NCBI GenBank assembly: GCA_945861145.1
Contig: CAMATL010000004.1
Span: 8,264 to 72,263 of the forward strand
DNA from: a candidate division TM6 bacterium GW2011_GWF2_37_49
Lineage (GTDB): Bacteria; Babelota; Babeliae; Babelales; RVW-14
Reading direction: 5' to 3'
Length of the DNA: 64,000 bases
This document shows, one piece after another, positions 55,398 to 64,000 of this stretch. The notes below the pieces were generated by a model that did not search any database, had not been told where the DNA came from, and saw only the letters and a program-made list of their open reading frames with translations. A program made the position numbers and the translations under genes. How positions within the stretch are numbered: the stretch's first letter is position 1; each line of letters begins with the position of its first letter.

Positions 55398-56630
55398 ATG
55401 GTCGATGCATTGTTTGCCCCAGAACGCTTGTTGAGTCTGGTAGGCGTTCTTGTTATTCTTGGTGTTGCTATTTTATTCTCCAATAATCGTAGCATGATTC
55501 GTTGGCGCTTGGTTATCAGCGCGTTAATTATTCAGATTGTTCTGGGCCTTGTTATTTTAAAGACGGGGCTTGGGCAAGCTTTTTTTGGTTCGATAGCCAG
55601 TGTTTTTGAAGTGCTTTATCAATTTGCAGGGCATGGTTCATCATTTGTATTTGGTGCTCTTGCCAATGCAGATGGCCCATGGGGAATGATTTTTGCCGTT
55701 AAGGTATTGCCGACACTTATATTTTTCGGCGCCTTCACGAGCTTGTTGTACCATATTGGCGTAGTGCAATTTTTTGTTTCAGGCCTGTCTACAGTTATTA
55801 GGCCTATTCTTGGTACCTCCGGTGCTGAAACATTGGCGGTTGCTGCAAACGTTATGCTTGGTCAAACTGAAGCGCCATTGCTTATAAAAAATTATCTACC
55901 CCGTATGACAGAGTCTGAAATGTTGGTGGTGATGGTTGGCGGCATGTCTCACTTGAGCGGTTCACTTCTCGCTGTGTATGGCGGTATGGGTGTGCCGATA
56001 AGTCATCTACTTACCTCAAGTTTCATGGCGATTCCAGCTGCGATCATGATTGCAAAAATATTGATTCCAGAGACTGAAATGCCTGAGACTCTTGGTGGCC
56101 GTCCAATGAATATGCCGCGTGAATCTAAAAACATTCTTGATGCTGTGTCTCGTGGAACAACCGATGGGTTGAGTCTTGCGGTGAACGTTGGCGCGATGCT
56201 TATTTCATTCATCAGCTTGATGGCGTTTCTTGATTTCGTTCTTGGCTGGGCGACTGGGCAATTTCTTGCTACACCGATTACACTCAATTTCCTCTTTGGT
56301 AAATTGTTTTATGGCGTTGCGTATCTACTTGGTATCCCAATGCAAGATTGTTCTACCGCTGGATCACTGCTTGGTCAAAAGCTTGTAATCAATGAATTTG
56401 TTGCGTACATGTCATTTGCTAAGGCTGATTTATTGCCGCGTAGCAAAGTGTTGCTGACCTATGCTCTTGCTGGGTTTTCTAATTTCTCATGCATCGGTAT
56501 CCAAATTGGTGGTATCGGCGCGATCTGCCCAGAAAAACGTACGTTACTGACTAAGCTTGGCATCCGAGCACTCTTGGGTGGTACATTGGCAAATTTTCTC
56601 AACGCAGCAATAGTTGGGATCTTACTATAA
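55398..56630 (+). CDS. nupC: NupC/CNT-family nucleoside transporter
   Basis: 410 aa, multi-TM, ...GAETLAVAANVMLGQTEAPLLIKNYLPRMTESEM... Confidence 0.88.
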   Translation: MVDALFAPERLLSLVGVLVILGVAILFSNNRSMIRWRLVISALIIQIVLGLVILKTGLGQAFFGSIASVFEVLYQFAGHGSSFVFGALANADGPWGMIFAVKVLPTLIFFGAFTSLLYHIGVVQFFVSGLSTVIRPILGTSGAETLAVAANVMLGQTEAPLLIKNYLPRMTESEMLVVMVGGMSHLSGSLLAVYGGMGVPISHLLTSSFMAIPAAIMIAKILIPETEMPETLGGRPMNMPRESKNILDAVSRGTTDGLSLAVNVGAMLISFISLMAFLDFVLGWATGQFLATPITLNFLFGKLFYGVAYLLGIPMQDCSTAGSLLGQKLVINEFVAYMSFAKADLLPRSKVLLTYALAGFSNFSCIGIQIGGIGAICPEKRTLLTKLGIRALLGGTLANFLNAAIVGILL

Positions 56631-56691
56631 AAAACTGTTATCACTTGATCTTATAAAAATAATCCCCGTACACTAGCGAACAAGTTAGTTA

Positions 56692-57957
56692 ATGTACGGG
56701 GATATCTTATGCGTATTGGGTGTGATCTTGAGTTTAATTATGAGTACTGGGTTTCAAGCGGAAGTTCGTCTTGCTAATGACGTTTTTGCTAGCTGGATTA
56801 ATCCAAAAAGTTTATATTTTCAGCGGTGTATTCCTGATGTTAAGACGGTTGGTACACATGCAATACAGCCAATTAGTAAGTTATCTAAGGCGATGCAGCC
56901 GCTTAAAGAACCCTTGCTTACCCTCGTTGGCAACGAAGATCGTAGCGCTCTTGATGCGCGCAAGCTCAATTTTGTTCAGCACCAAGTAGTGCAGAGTATG
57001 CCTAATTTTATACAAGCTCTTAAGCAAGCGGGGCTTTCTTCGCTATCACTTAATCAGCTTGATGAGCGAGATCCTTTTAATAATGTTTTAAATCGTTACA
57101 GTGGGCTTTTTAGAACGTTATTTTTGGGTGGGCGGAAAAATACGATAGATCGCGAATTTGCAGTAGCAAATCGCTTTGTAGAGTTTTGCTTTGAGCAAAA
57201 AACTTTCCCCTTATTGCAAAAAATATTAGCAGATGATGCTACCAGGCCAGTTGCACGGTTTTTATATACTGGCATATGGAAAAATCTTGCCGGCCAAGGC
57301 TGGAAGTATTGGCATCAAGATACGCTTAAGCGTCTGCATGCTGCCTATCAAGCGGGCAAAACAATCAATTATATTGCCGGCGGTAGCGATGTGTACCAGC
57401 TTTTGATCCATGGGATTTACAATATTAAGGTGATTGATCCGCAGCTCACTAATGCACAAGATAACTACTATGCCGACCAATGGAAATGGCTTTTGAAGGG
57501 TAAAGGCGCCGCCAACGGAGAGGGTGATGAGATGCATTTTACTGCGTTAGGCAAGGCTTGCGTAGCAAAGCGAGCTGAGACCAAAAAAGGTAAGACTTTT
57601 AAGGTTGTATTGGATGGTGGTGATGAGGTACGGCACACCTCTGCGCAAGTGGTGTGGCATGTCTTTGAAGAGGGTGTGCGTAAAGGCACTTTGACATTTG
57701 ATCGCCGCTTGGCAACACAAGAAGATTTTGAGGCGGGTAAAAATGAAGAGCTCTTGATGAGTTTTAATGAGCTTTATTTTATTGCGCTGCCAGAAGATCA
57801 AGGCGGCTGGCCAATTAACCCGCATGCATTCGGTAAAGATTTTAATATGCATATCAAGCAACTGCGTAAGCCTGTTACGAAAAAAGTAGTAGAAAATATC
57901 AGCTGGGTTGATGAAAACAATCTAGCATTTTTGCGGCTTGGAACGGCGGTAAAATAA
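56692..57957 (+). CDS. hypothetical protein with N-terminal hydrophobic segment
   Basis: 421 aa; no motif or family recognised. Confidence 0.55.
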   Translation: MYGDILCVLGVILSLIMSTGFQAEVRLANDVFASWINPKSLYFQRCIPDVKTVGTHAIQPISKLSKAMQPLKEPLLTLVGNEDRSALDARKLNFVQHQVVQSMPNFIQALKQAGLSSLSLNQLDERDPFNNVLNRYSGLFRTLFLGGRKNTIDREFAVANRFVEFCFEQKTFPLLQKILADDATRPVARFLYTGIWKNLAGQGWKYWHQDTLKRLHAAYQAGKTINYIAGGSDVYQLLIHGIYNIKVIDPQLTNAQDNYYADQWKWLLKGKGAANGEGDEMHFTALGKACVAKRAETKKGKTFKVVLDGGDEVRHTSAQVVWHVFEEGVRKGTLTFDRRLATQEDFEAGKNEELLMSFNELYFIALPEDQGGWPINPHAFGKDFNMHIKQLRKPVTKKVVENISWVDENNLAFLRLGTAVK

Positions 57958-57969
57958 ATATTTAACATG

Positions 57970-58021
57970 AATTAAGCCCCTAAAGAAATCTAGGGGCTTA
58001 ATTCATTGGGCTTAAAGCCCA
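57970..58021. terminator. two adjacent stem-loops between convergent genes
   Basis: aattaagccccta/taggggcttaatt (57970-58003) and tgggctt/aagccca (58007-58021). Confidence 0.6.
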
Positions 58022-58059
58022 TCAGATTATAAAATTATTCGCATTAAGCTATTATCCGC

Positions 58060-60120
58060 TTATGCTTGCCCCAAAAGGCTAGCAGTGCGCGTGATAATAG
58101 TGCCTGTATACCCTTCACTGCGCAAGATATCTAGGGCAATGTGTTGTTGCGAGATGCCTGCTTGTATTTTGAATGGATAGCTCAGTGATCCATCCTTATT
58201 GATAGAAACGGTAACCATATAATTTTTGTAGCTACATTCAGCCAGTGCTTCAAGCTTAGTAAGCCGTTCAAAATGTGTTGCTAGTATCGTCATGCTGTTT
58301 AGACGAGCGCCTAGATGCTCGGCTACTGCGTAAGCGGCAGCACTGCCTTCTGTTGGCGTAGTGCCATTAAAAATTTCATCAAAAATGAGCAGCCCGTGTT
58401 GTCCTGGCTGTAGTGAATCAAGCGCTTTAATAAGCTCTTGAGTTCGCAGTACTTCAGCCTTGAAGAGTGAATTTCCCGCGTTGATATCGTCAGTGATGTT
58501 GAGATACGTTGCTACGAGACTGAATGGCGTTAGTATGCAGCGTTTTGCAGCAGCGATGCCCAAGCTTTGCGCCATGAGTGCGTTGATACCGATTGCTTTA
58601 ATAAGCGTTGATTTGCCGCCAGCATTTGGTCCCGTGATGATGCAGTTGCGTGATGGGCCATTGCCACCAAGCTCAATAGTATTTGAAACGAGCGGTTTTA
58701 TTTGAGCTTCAGGTTTTAGGTCTGTCGTATCTGGATTATTGGTTGCAACCAATGGGTTGATAAAATTTTCTAAATATAGGTGTGGCGTATCTGCTTGCTC
58801 AAGCTCAACAAAGCAGTATTTTTCTGGCTCAGCTTTTAAGAGTGAAGCTATGCCCGCATATGCATCGAGTAGGCTGAGAGCCTGTAGTGCAGGGGCAAAA
58901 GATTCTTTAAGGGTATGTAATCCCTTGTATGCTTGAAGAATTTTGCCGCGGTTTGCAAAGAAGCCATTGCAATCTTTGGCGAAGGTATCGCTTTGTATTA
59001 AATCAAGAAACTCACGTAAGGGAGCATTGTCTTTGCTGGTAGTTGTAAACAGTTTTTGTAAGGAGTCTAGCTCTGGTATCAGGATGATTAGTGTTTTTTC
59101 GTTAGCCAAAAGATGCATGCATTGCTTCATGAAATCAAATATGGTTGCAACCTGTGTTAACTTAAAATGTAAAATTTCTTCAAATAACCAGTTGTCAGCT
59201 TGGTTTTCAATGGTGTTATCTAGTGCTACAAAGGTGAAATAAGCCGCACTAGCAGTTAATAACCACTTAGTAGCAAGCGGGCCTTTTTCCCATAAAAATT
59301 TATTAACCAAGCTCCGGTGATGGCCTTTAGCTTGCGCGAGAAGTTTTTCTGTTTCAGGGGCTGAAGGGGCCACCATGATGGCGAGCAAACAGGAAATAAG
59401 AGCTCGTAGATTAGCTGTGTTTGAGATGAGTCCACTGCCTTGCTTAAAGGTATCAAGTGCATACTTACTTGAAAACGCAGCCGAGCTGCCATTAAATCTT
59501 TTTAAGATAAAATCTTTAAATTCATAATGATTAAGGTTTTGTAAGAAATGGTCTTGTTGCCATAAGGTGAATAATAAATTTTCTGATGTGGCGCAGGTTT
59601 CCAGTAAGATTGCTAATTTAGCGTGCAAGGCTTCATTTTCTAAAAATGTCTTAATAATCGCTTGGCGGGTCTTGATTTGAGAGTGATCGTCGGTACTTGC
59701 TGCAAGCAAACCAAGTAATTGTGCTTTGCCAAGCTCTGTTTTGGTCTTGCATACTGTTTTGCCGACATAGCGATCGCCTGGCCGCTTGCCGGCAAACATT
59801 CCTAAATCCTGCCAGGTAGTTGGTTCACGCACGATCGAGGTAGTAGCATGTGACGTTGAGCTAATGATTTTAAAAGAGGTCTCTTGTAACTGATGTGGTA
59901 GCTGCTTGATTTGTGTATCGATGCATTTATTTAAAAATTCATTATAGGTCCAGCTGCTCCAATAACGTGTTTCAACCGGTATGGATTGCTTATTGATCTC
60001 CTGAATTTGATCACGTAAGGTAAGTGGCTTTTTTACTGTGGTTTCAGGGGTACTGTCGTTGGCTTGTAGTAAAGGTATGGCTTGGAAAGCTAAAGCTAAG
60101 AGTAACGCGATGTAATTCAT
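58060..60120 (-). CDS. MutS-family ATPase (domain III/V-like) with N-terminal signal-like peptide, lacking a mismatch-binding domain
   Basis: 686 aa; MNYIALLLALAFQAIPLLQA at the N-terminus. Walker A GPNAGGKSTL, Walker B LLIFDEIFNGT and ILATHF in the C-terminal third. Confidence 0.75.
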   Translation of the reverse strand: MNYIALLLALAFQAIPLLQANDSTPETTVKKPLTLRDQIQEINKQSIPVETRYWSSWTYNEFLNKCIDTQIKQLPHQLQETSFKIISSTSHATTSIVREPTTWQDLGMFAGKRPGDRYVGKTVCKTKTELGKAQLLGLLAASTDDHSQIKTRQAIIKTFLENEALHAKLAILLETCATSENLLFTLWQQDHFLQNLNHYEFKDFILKRFNGSSAAFSSKYALDTFKQGSGLISNTANLRALISCLLAIMVAPSAPETEKLLAQAKGHHRSLVNKFLWEKGPLATKWLLTASAAYFTFVALDNTIENQADNWLFEEILHFKLTQVATIFDFMKQCMHLLANEKTLIILIPELDSLQKLFTTTSKDNAPLREFLDLIQSDTFAKDCNGFFANRGKILQAYKGLHTLKESFAPALQALSLLDAYAGIASLLKAEPEKYCFVELEQADTPHLYLENFINPLVATNNPDTTDLKPEAQIKPLVSNTIELGGNGPSRNCIITGPNAGGKSTLIKAIGINALMAQSLGIAAAKRCILTPFSLVATYLNITDDINAGNSLFKAEVLRTQELIKALDSLQPGQHGLLIFDEIFNGTTPTEGSAAAYAVAEHLGARLNSMTILATHFERLTKLEALAECSYKNYMVTVSINKDGSLSYPFKIQAGISQQHIALDILRSEGYTGTIITRTASLLGQA

Positions 60121-60204
60121 GAGAAGAGCCTTTATTGCTAGATGCTAAATCAAAAATGGTTGTTGAACTTCGGACTAGGCATTACAGGTAAAAATAGAGC
60201 CAAA

Positions 60205-60232
60205 AATTTAAATTGTTTTGCCGAATTGTCAA
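60205..60232 (-). promoter_or_regulatory. candidate promoter for the MutS-like gene
   Basis: Minus strand TTGACA (60232-60227), 16 nt spacer, TAAATT (60210-60205). Confidence 0.3.
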
Positions 60233-60233
60233 T

Positions 60234-60298
60234 CTTGTCTACAGGGATAAAAGCAGCCTCGACGCGCGATCCAGACTTCTTTTATCCCTGTAGACAAG
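60234..60298. repeat. perfect 20 bp inverted repeat with 25 nt GC-rich loop
   Basis: cttgtctacagggataaaag (60234-60253) and cttttatccctgtagacaag (60279-60298), 4 nt after the stop of the 60303-61157 gene. Confidence 0.9.
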
Positions 60299-60302
60299 AA
60301 GA

Positions 60303-61157
60303 TTATTTAAGATCGGCTTTCTCAGCAATCTCTCCAGGCTTGCTATTAAATCGCAGGATTGTTTCTTTTTTATGATCTTTCTTGTTCATTGGAAATGAAA
60401 GAGTAAGGGTGTTTTTCTCAAAACGCATTGTTTTTTGTACATCTGATAGGTCGGTATGTGTGTTTTGTGGTAGATCAATAATGATCGTCACTAAGCCGTT
60501 TTCGATGTTTAGCTCTTCGCGCCGGCCGTTAACATTGCGCATGCTGCTAAAAGTGTTTGTACTGAAAAAACCTGGAGTAGCTGCGCGCATTGTTTTTTGC
60601 TGTGCGGTAACGTGCAAAGTTTGACGTTCTTTACCAAATTCATCAGTGGTATTAACGGTAATTTTGAGATCCTCTTCCGTAATATCTGGCAATGTTGCTG
60701 TCACAATAAAAGCGTCAGTTTTTTCGTCGTTGTTTGTATGTATGGTGCATTTAGGTGTTTTATTGACGTCTTTAGCGAAGCGCGTACGTGAAATATTGTG
60801 AGCTGATTGGAAAATTTCGTGTACTATGCCACCTATTGTCATTTGGCTATTATGCACAGCACTTAATGCTTGATCTATATTGCGCTCTTTATCTGGCTTG
60901 CTAGATTCGCTGGCAAGATCATCAGCTACTTTTACCAAGTTTTTTGCTTCAGCCTGTAGAGCAGCGGCTTGAGAGCGTAGGTCTTTTTCTACGGTTTCAC
61001 TGCTTTTAGTTTGGCGTGAACGCGGGTCCAATTCTTCAAAAAGTTCATTGAATGAAGCGAAAAATGGGTCACGAACAGGAACTCTAGCCGAAGAGTTGTT
61101 CATGGTCGTTAAACAAAGTAATACCAACGCCTTACGCAGTCTAAGTGTGTTTTTCAT
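60303..61157 (-). CDS. exported protein with divergent alpha-crystallin (sHSP)-like C-terminal domain
   Basis: 284 aa; signal-like N-terminus, RDPFFASFNELFEELD. The pattern DAFIVTATLPDITEEDLKITV...TLHVTAQQK...FEKNTLTLSFPMNKK is reminiscent of Hsp20. Confidence 0.4.
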   Translation of the reverse strand: MKNTLRLRKALVLLCLTTMNNSSARVPVRDPFFASFNELFEELDPRSRQTKSSETVEKDLRSQAAALQAEAKNLVKVADDLASESSKPDKERNIDQALSAVHNSQMTIGGIVHEIFQSAHNISRTRFAKDVNKTPKCTIHTNNDEKTDAFIVTATLPDITEEDLKITVNTTDEFGKERQTLHVTAQQKTMRAATPGFFSTNTFSSMRNVNGRREELNIENGLVTIIIDLPQNTHTDLSDVQKTMRFEKNTLTLSFPMNKKDHKKETILRFNSKPGEIAEKADLK

Positions 61158-61242
61158 AAAAGGCCTCCTTATTGCAACACCCCATAGCGGGTTAACTACT
61201 ACTTTTTTTATTTTAAAAAATAATTATAAAAAATTAAAGAGT

Positions 61243-61758
61243 TTACAGTTCAATATTTTTAAATGCTTCATGTAGCGTCTGGTAGGTTTGTCCAAAATCT
61301 GAGCAAATAATGTTGGTTGTTGCGGTAGTTGCCAAAAAGCTTGTATCGCCTTTCCAGCGAGGGAGTACGTGAATGTGTAAATGTGAAGGGATGCCGCCAC
61401 CTCCAGCGATACCGAGATTAATTCCTACGTTGTGACCGTCACAGTTCATGGTTTTTTCTAAAATAACGATGCAATGCGTTACCGCTTCCATCATCTCACT
61501 ACGTGTAGCAGTACCAAGCATCTCAAGTGATGACTTGTGCTCAAGTGGCAGCACCATGATGTGCCCAGCATTGTAGGGATAATAATTCATGACAACGGCG
61601 CAGTACTTAAAACGCCTCACGATGAGATTTTTTTGATCAGCTTGTTCAGAAAATTTGTGACAAAAAACACAATCATTGGTGTGTAATTGTGGATTGCTAG
61701 GGGCTTTGTTTTTTTTAGTAACGTAGTCGTGGCGCCATGGTGCGTATATTTTTTTCAT
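61243..61758 (-). CDS. HIT-family nucleotide hydrolase/transferase
   Basis: 171 aa, histidine triad HLHIHVLPRW; N-terminal YAPWRHDY as in Ap4A-phosphorylase-like HIT proteins. Confidence 0.85.
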   Translation of the reverse strand: MKKIYAPWRHDYVTKKNKAPSNPQLHTNDCVFCHKFSEQADQKNLIVRRFKYCAVVMNYYPYNAGHIMVLPLEHKSSLEMLGTATRSEMMEAVTHCIVILEKTMNCDGHNVGINLGIAGGGGIPSHLHIHVLPRWKGDTSFLATTATTNIICSDFGQTYQTLHEAFKNIEL

Positions 61759-61919
61759 AGTACAAATCTTTTCATAAAAAGTTCATGCTGGCTAGGGTGA
61801 TTTTATTTACTTTTTTCGAGAGGTTCTGGATTCTCGGCATGTTTTGAAATTACTTATGGACTGCGGCGCATAACCTTTGTTCTTGGTTTCATGCCGCATT
61901 TACTTAGAGTTGGGTAAAA

Positions 61920-62123
61920 TCAAGTTCGAAGTGCAACACGATTAATCTCCTGAGTAAAAATTTCAGAGGGAGTTTTGTACTTTAGAATCTTTCGATGATT
62001 GTTATTAAGCTTATCCTGAATGACAGCGCACATTCAACCTTGGTTTCTTGATAGAAAGGAATTTTTACATTGCTTGCAAGAAATTTTGGATCCACAAGGT
62101 CGAGATTGTGCGTGCTGCCTTTT
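61920..62123 (-). mobile_element. IS30-family transposase gene remnant, 3' part (one frameshift)
   Basis: The minus strand reads KGSTHNLDLVDPKFLASNVKIPFYQETKVEC, then shifts frame to AVIQDKLNNNHRKILKYKTPSEIFTQEINRVALRT. This continues exactly where 54823-55214 stops. Confidence 0.75.
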
Positions 62124-62538
62124 ACGATATTCACAGGTGATTCTCCATCTATACAAAGGTCTAAAGCTACTGCGGGTGATGGCTTAGTAGGCGCCGCATC
62201 TGGGACTGCTTCATTGCACTTGTGATATACATAAGTGTAATTAAGCCCAGAGAAATAAACGATAACTTTTTAAAATAACGATTCATAGTAATACTCTCCT
62301 AGAAATAATCTAAATATTTATCTCATAATTGCAATTATGTTTAAATCTGACCACGAAAGCCAAAGAAATAAAATCTCAATAAGGACTTACTGTTGATGCC
62401 TTCGTGAGAAAATATATTTTTTTGGCGATTTTGAGTTTTTCTCAGCGTGCCTTACTTGCCTTGCCTCTAAGGAATAAGCTACGATTTTTTCTGTTAAGGA
62501 TGGTTTGTATCCGTCTAGTTCAAAAAAAGGAGACACAT

Positions 62539-63462
62539 ATGAAGCAGATTCAACGGCTACTAGTAGGAGCCCTTGTATTTACGGCGATTTTTTGCCTAAA
62601 AAGCGCGGTATTTGGTTCCAATGAGGCTGTTGTTGTACCAGCCATCGCTGCCCAGCCAAGTGGGATTAATACTGATTTTGTCAAAATTGAGGGGGTGGCT
62701 CATCGGATCGCTCTGGGTGCTTGCGATGGCAAGTACTTGACGATGATGGTGGGTTTGGCTGATCGCAAAATTTATAAAATGGACCCCGCTAGCATGGGGC
62801 GTTGGCATTTAGTTCATGTTAATGATGGTAATTTAGGGCCTGAAAAATTTGAAGATGTCTCTGTGGCTGCTGATGGTAGCGTTGGTGCGCTAGCTGATAC
62901 TGGTGCTTTGTATATTTCTTATGATGGTGGCAAGAGCTGGAAAAATTTAGATGCGCCTAAAGATCCCAATGGTAAAGCGATTGTAGTTGATCGCGTGGCC
63001 GTAGCTAGTAAAAAAATGATTGCAGTACTAGATAAAGAAACGGCAGGGATTTTTATTTATGACCAGGAAAACTGGAAAAGCATTGTGCTGAACCAGGCAA
63101 TGTCTATTTCTGCCGGATATCCAAACATTCTACTTGCTGTTAACAAATCGCTTGATTGTTACAAATTAGAAGATGGAAACTGGAAAAAAATTCTAAACCC
63201 ATCAGAGATTGGCCGTTTTGCAATCCAGGATAACAATACTATGTATGGTACTCGGGAGCAAGATGGTCGGTTCTGTTTGCAAAAAGTTGAAAATAACGCG
63301 TGGACTGCTGTTATGGATGCAGAGAGAAATCAAGTTGTCGGCATCAAAGAAGTTGTGGTTAATGCTGCTGGTGCCGTATTAGTGATGAGGGTTAATGGTG
63401 AATTGCTCAAAAAAGGAGCTTTGGATCTTCCAGTTTCAATTATTATTGATACGGGTTCTTAG
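62539..63462 (+). CDS. secreted protein with a BNR/Asp-box-like motif (possible beta-propeller)
   Basis: Start at MKQIQRLLVGALVFTAIFCL with an AAGGAG RBS; SYDGGKSWKNL Asp-box-like motif. Confidence 0.6.
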   Translation: MKQIQRLLVGALVFTAIFCLKSAVFGSNEAVVVPAIAAQPSGINTDFVKIEGVAHRIALGACDGKYLTMMVGLADRKIYKMDPASMGRWHLVHVNDGNLGPEKFEDVSVAADGSVGALADTGALYISYDGGKSWKNLDAPKDPNGKAIVVDRVAVASKKMIAVLDKETAGIFIYDQENWKSIVLNQAMSISAGYPNILLAVNKSLDCYKLEDGNWKKILNPSEIGRFAIQDNNTMYGTREQDGRFCLQKVENNAWTAVMDAERNQVVGIKEVVVNAAGAVLVMRVNGELLKKGALDLPVSIIIDTGS

Positions 63463-63595
63463 TCTTGTAGTCGCTAATTAAATACACAGATACCCCCGGG
63501 ATACGTGCATTGAGCCCAGGGTTCTTTTCTCTTTGCGAAGTTCTTTTTCTTGATGCTACACTCGATCCATACTAATCAATTGAGGAGAGTAAAAT

Positions 63596-64000
63596 ATGAA
63601 GAGTTTGTTGCGGGCGTTGTGTGCCTGGAGAGTGCTGCTAGGGGTGATCAGTTTGGCTGGAGCAACTTCATGGTTGGCTGCTAAGCCGCTTGAATACAAT
63701 GTTCCGGTGTGTATCCGGTCTGCGCAATTTAATCGTAGCCTTGTTGTGCGGGCTGGCTTTACCGATGTTAAAGCAACTGATGCGGCAGCACCGTTTGAGC
63801 TAGTTGCAGTGGCGGATGATCAAGGCGCAGCCAAAGATGGCTCAGCTTTTGTTGTTCTTAAGTCGGCCGCAAACCCTACAAAAATAGGGCCGGTACAATT
63901 CAATGAAATTTGCACTATCGAAGCAGTTAAAGCAGGCACTGGTCCTTGGACCGACAAGGTTGGTTTTTTTACAAAACGACGTTTAATCTGGACCTTTCGT
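63596..64000 (+). CDS. hypothetical secreted protein (3' end runs off window)
   Basis: GAGGAG RBS, MKSLLRALCAWRVLLGVISLAGATSWLAA signal peptide; open to the window end. Confidence 0.55.
   Translation, partial: MKSLLRALCAWRVLLGVISLAGATSWLAAKPLEYNVPVCIRSAQFNRSLVVRAGFTDVKATDAAAPFELVAVADDQGAAKDGSAFVVLKSAANPTKIGPVQFNEICTIEAVKAGTGPWTDKVGFFTKRRLIWTFR

Overview
This 64 kb chromosomal window comes from a diderm bacterium: lpxC, lptD-like, bamD-like, yidC and ftsL-ftsI are present. The housekeeping proteins are rather divergent. Ankyrin-like repeats, many signal-peptide proteins, decayed IS copies and dispersed palindromic repeats suggest a host-associated lineage, but I cannot name the organism from sequence alone.

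Layout:
- 1-11.8 kb (minus strand): an uninterrupted str-S10-spc ribosomal cluster, rpsL-rpsG-fusA-tuf-rpsJ-rplC-rplD-rplW-rplB-rpsS-rplV-rpsC-rplP-rpmC-rpsQ-rplN-rplX-rplE-rpsN-rpsH-rplF.
- 12-34.8 kb: housekeeping and envelope genes (rseP, lpxC, rplM, pyrG, pepP, lptD-like, recR, yidC, bamD-like, yraN, ftsI, ftsL, thioredoxin-like lipoprotein, cysS, kup, tRNA-Gly, jag-like, mnmE).
- 34.9-44.6 kb: an accessory stretch. It holds a C39-like peptidase with a polybasic tract, a transposase remnant, an ankyrin-like secreted protein plus a frameshifted paralog, membrane and lipoproteins, an O-methyltransferase pseudogene, and a Hint-domain protein with a tightly coupled partner gene.
- 44.7-48.9 kb (minus strand): the ffh-rpsP-KH-trmD-rplS operon.
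- 49-64 kb: tRNA-Phe, a GIY-YIG gene, trhO, an NRAMP-like transporter, sod, a beta-helix protein, two complementary halves of one IS30-type transposase gene flanking about 6.9 kb (nupC, a hypothetical, a MutS-like ATPase, an sHSP-like protein, HIT), then secreted proteins.

Main second-look items:
1. The Hint-domain/partner two-gene cassette, bracketed by nested 83 bp and 105 bp direct repeats. It looks like a polymorphic toxin-immunity module inserted next to a decaying methyltransferase gene.
2. A 111 bp palindromic element sitting in frame inside the essential trmD gene. Related copies lie in intergenic DNA.
3. An inversion documented by a precisely split IS30 transposase gene.
4. A signal-peptide-bearing MutS-family ATPase.

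No rRNA genes, CRISPR arrays or prophage were seen.
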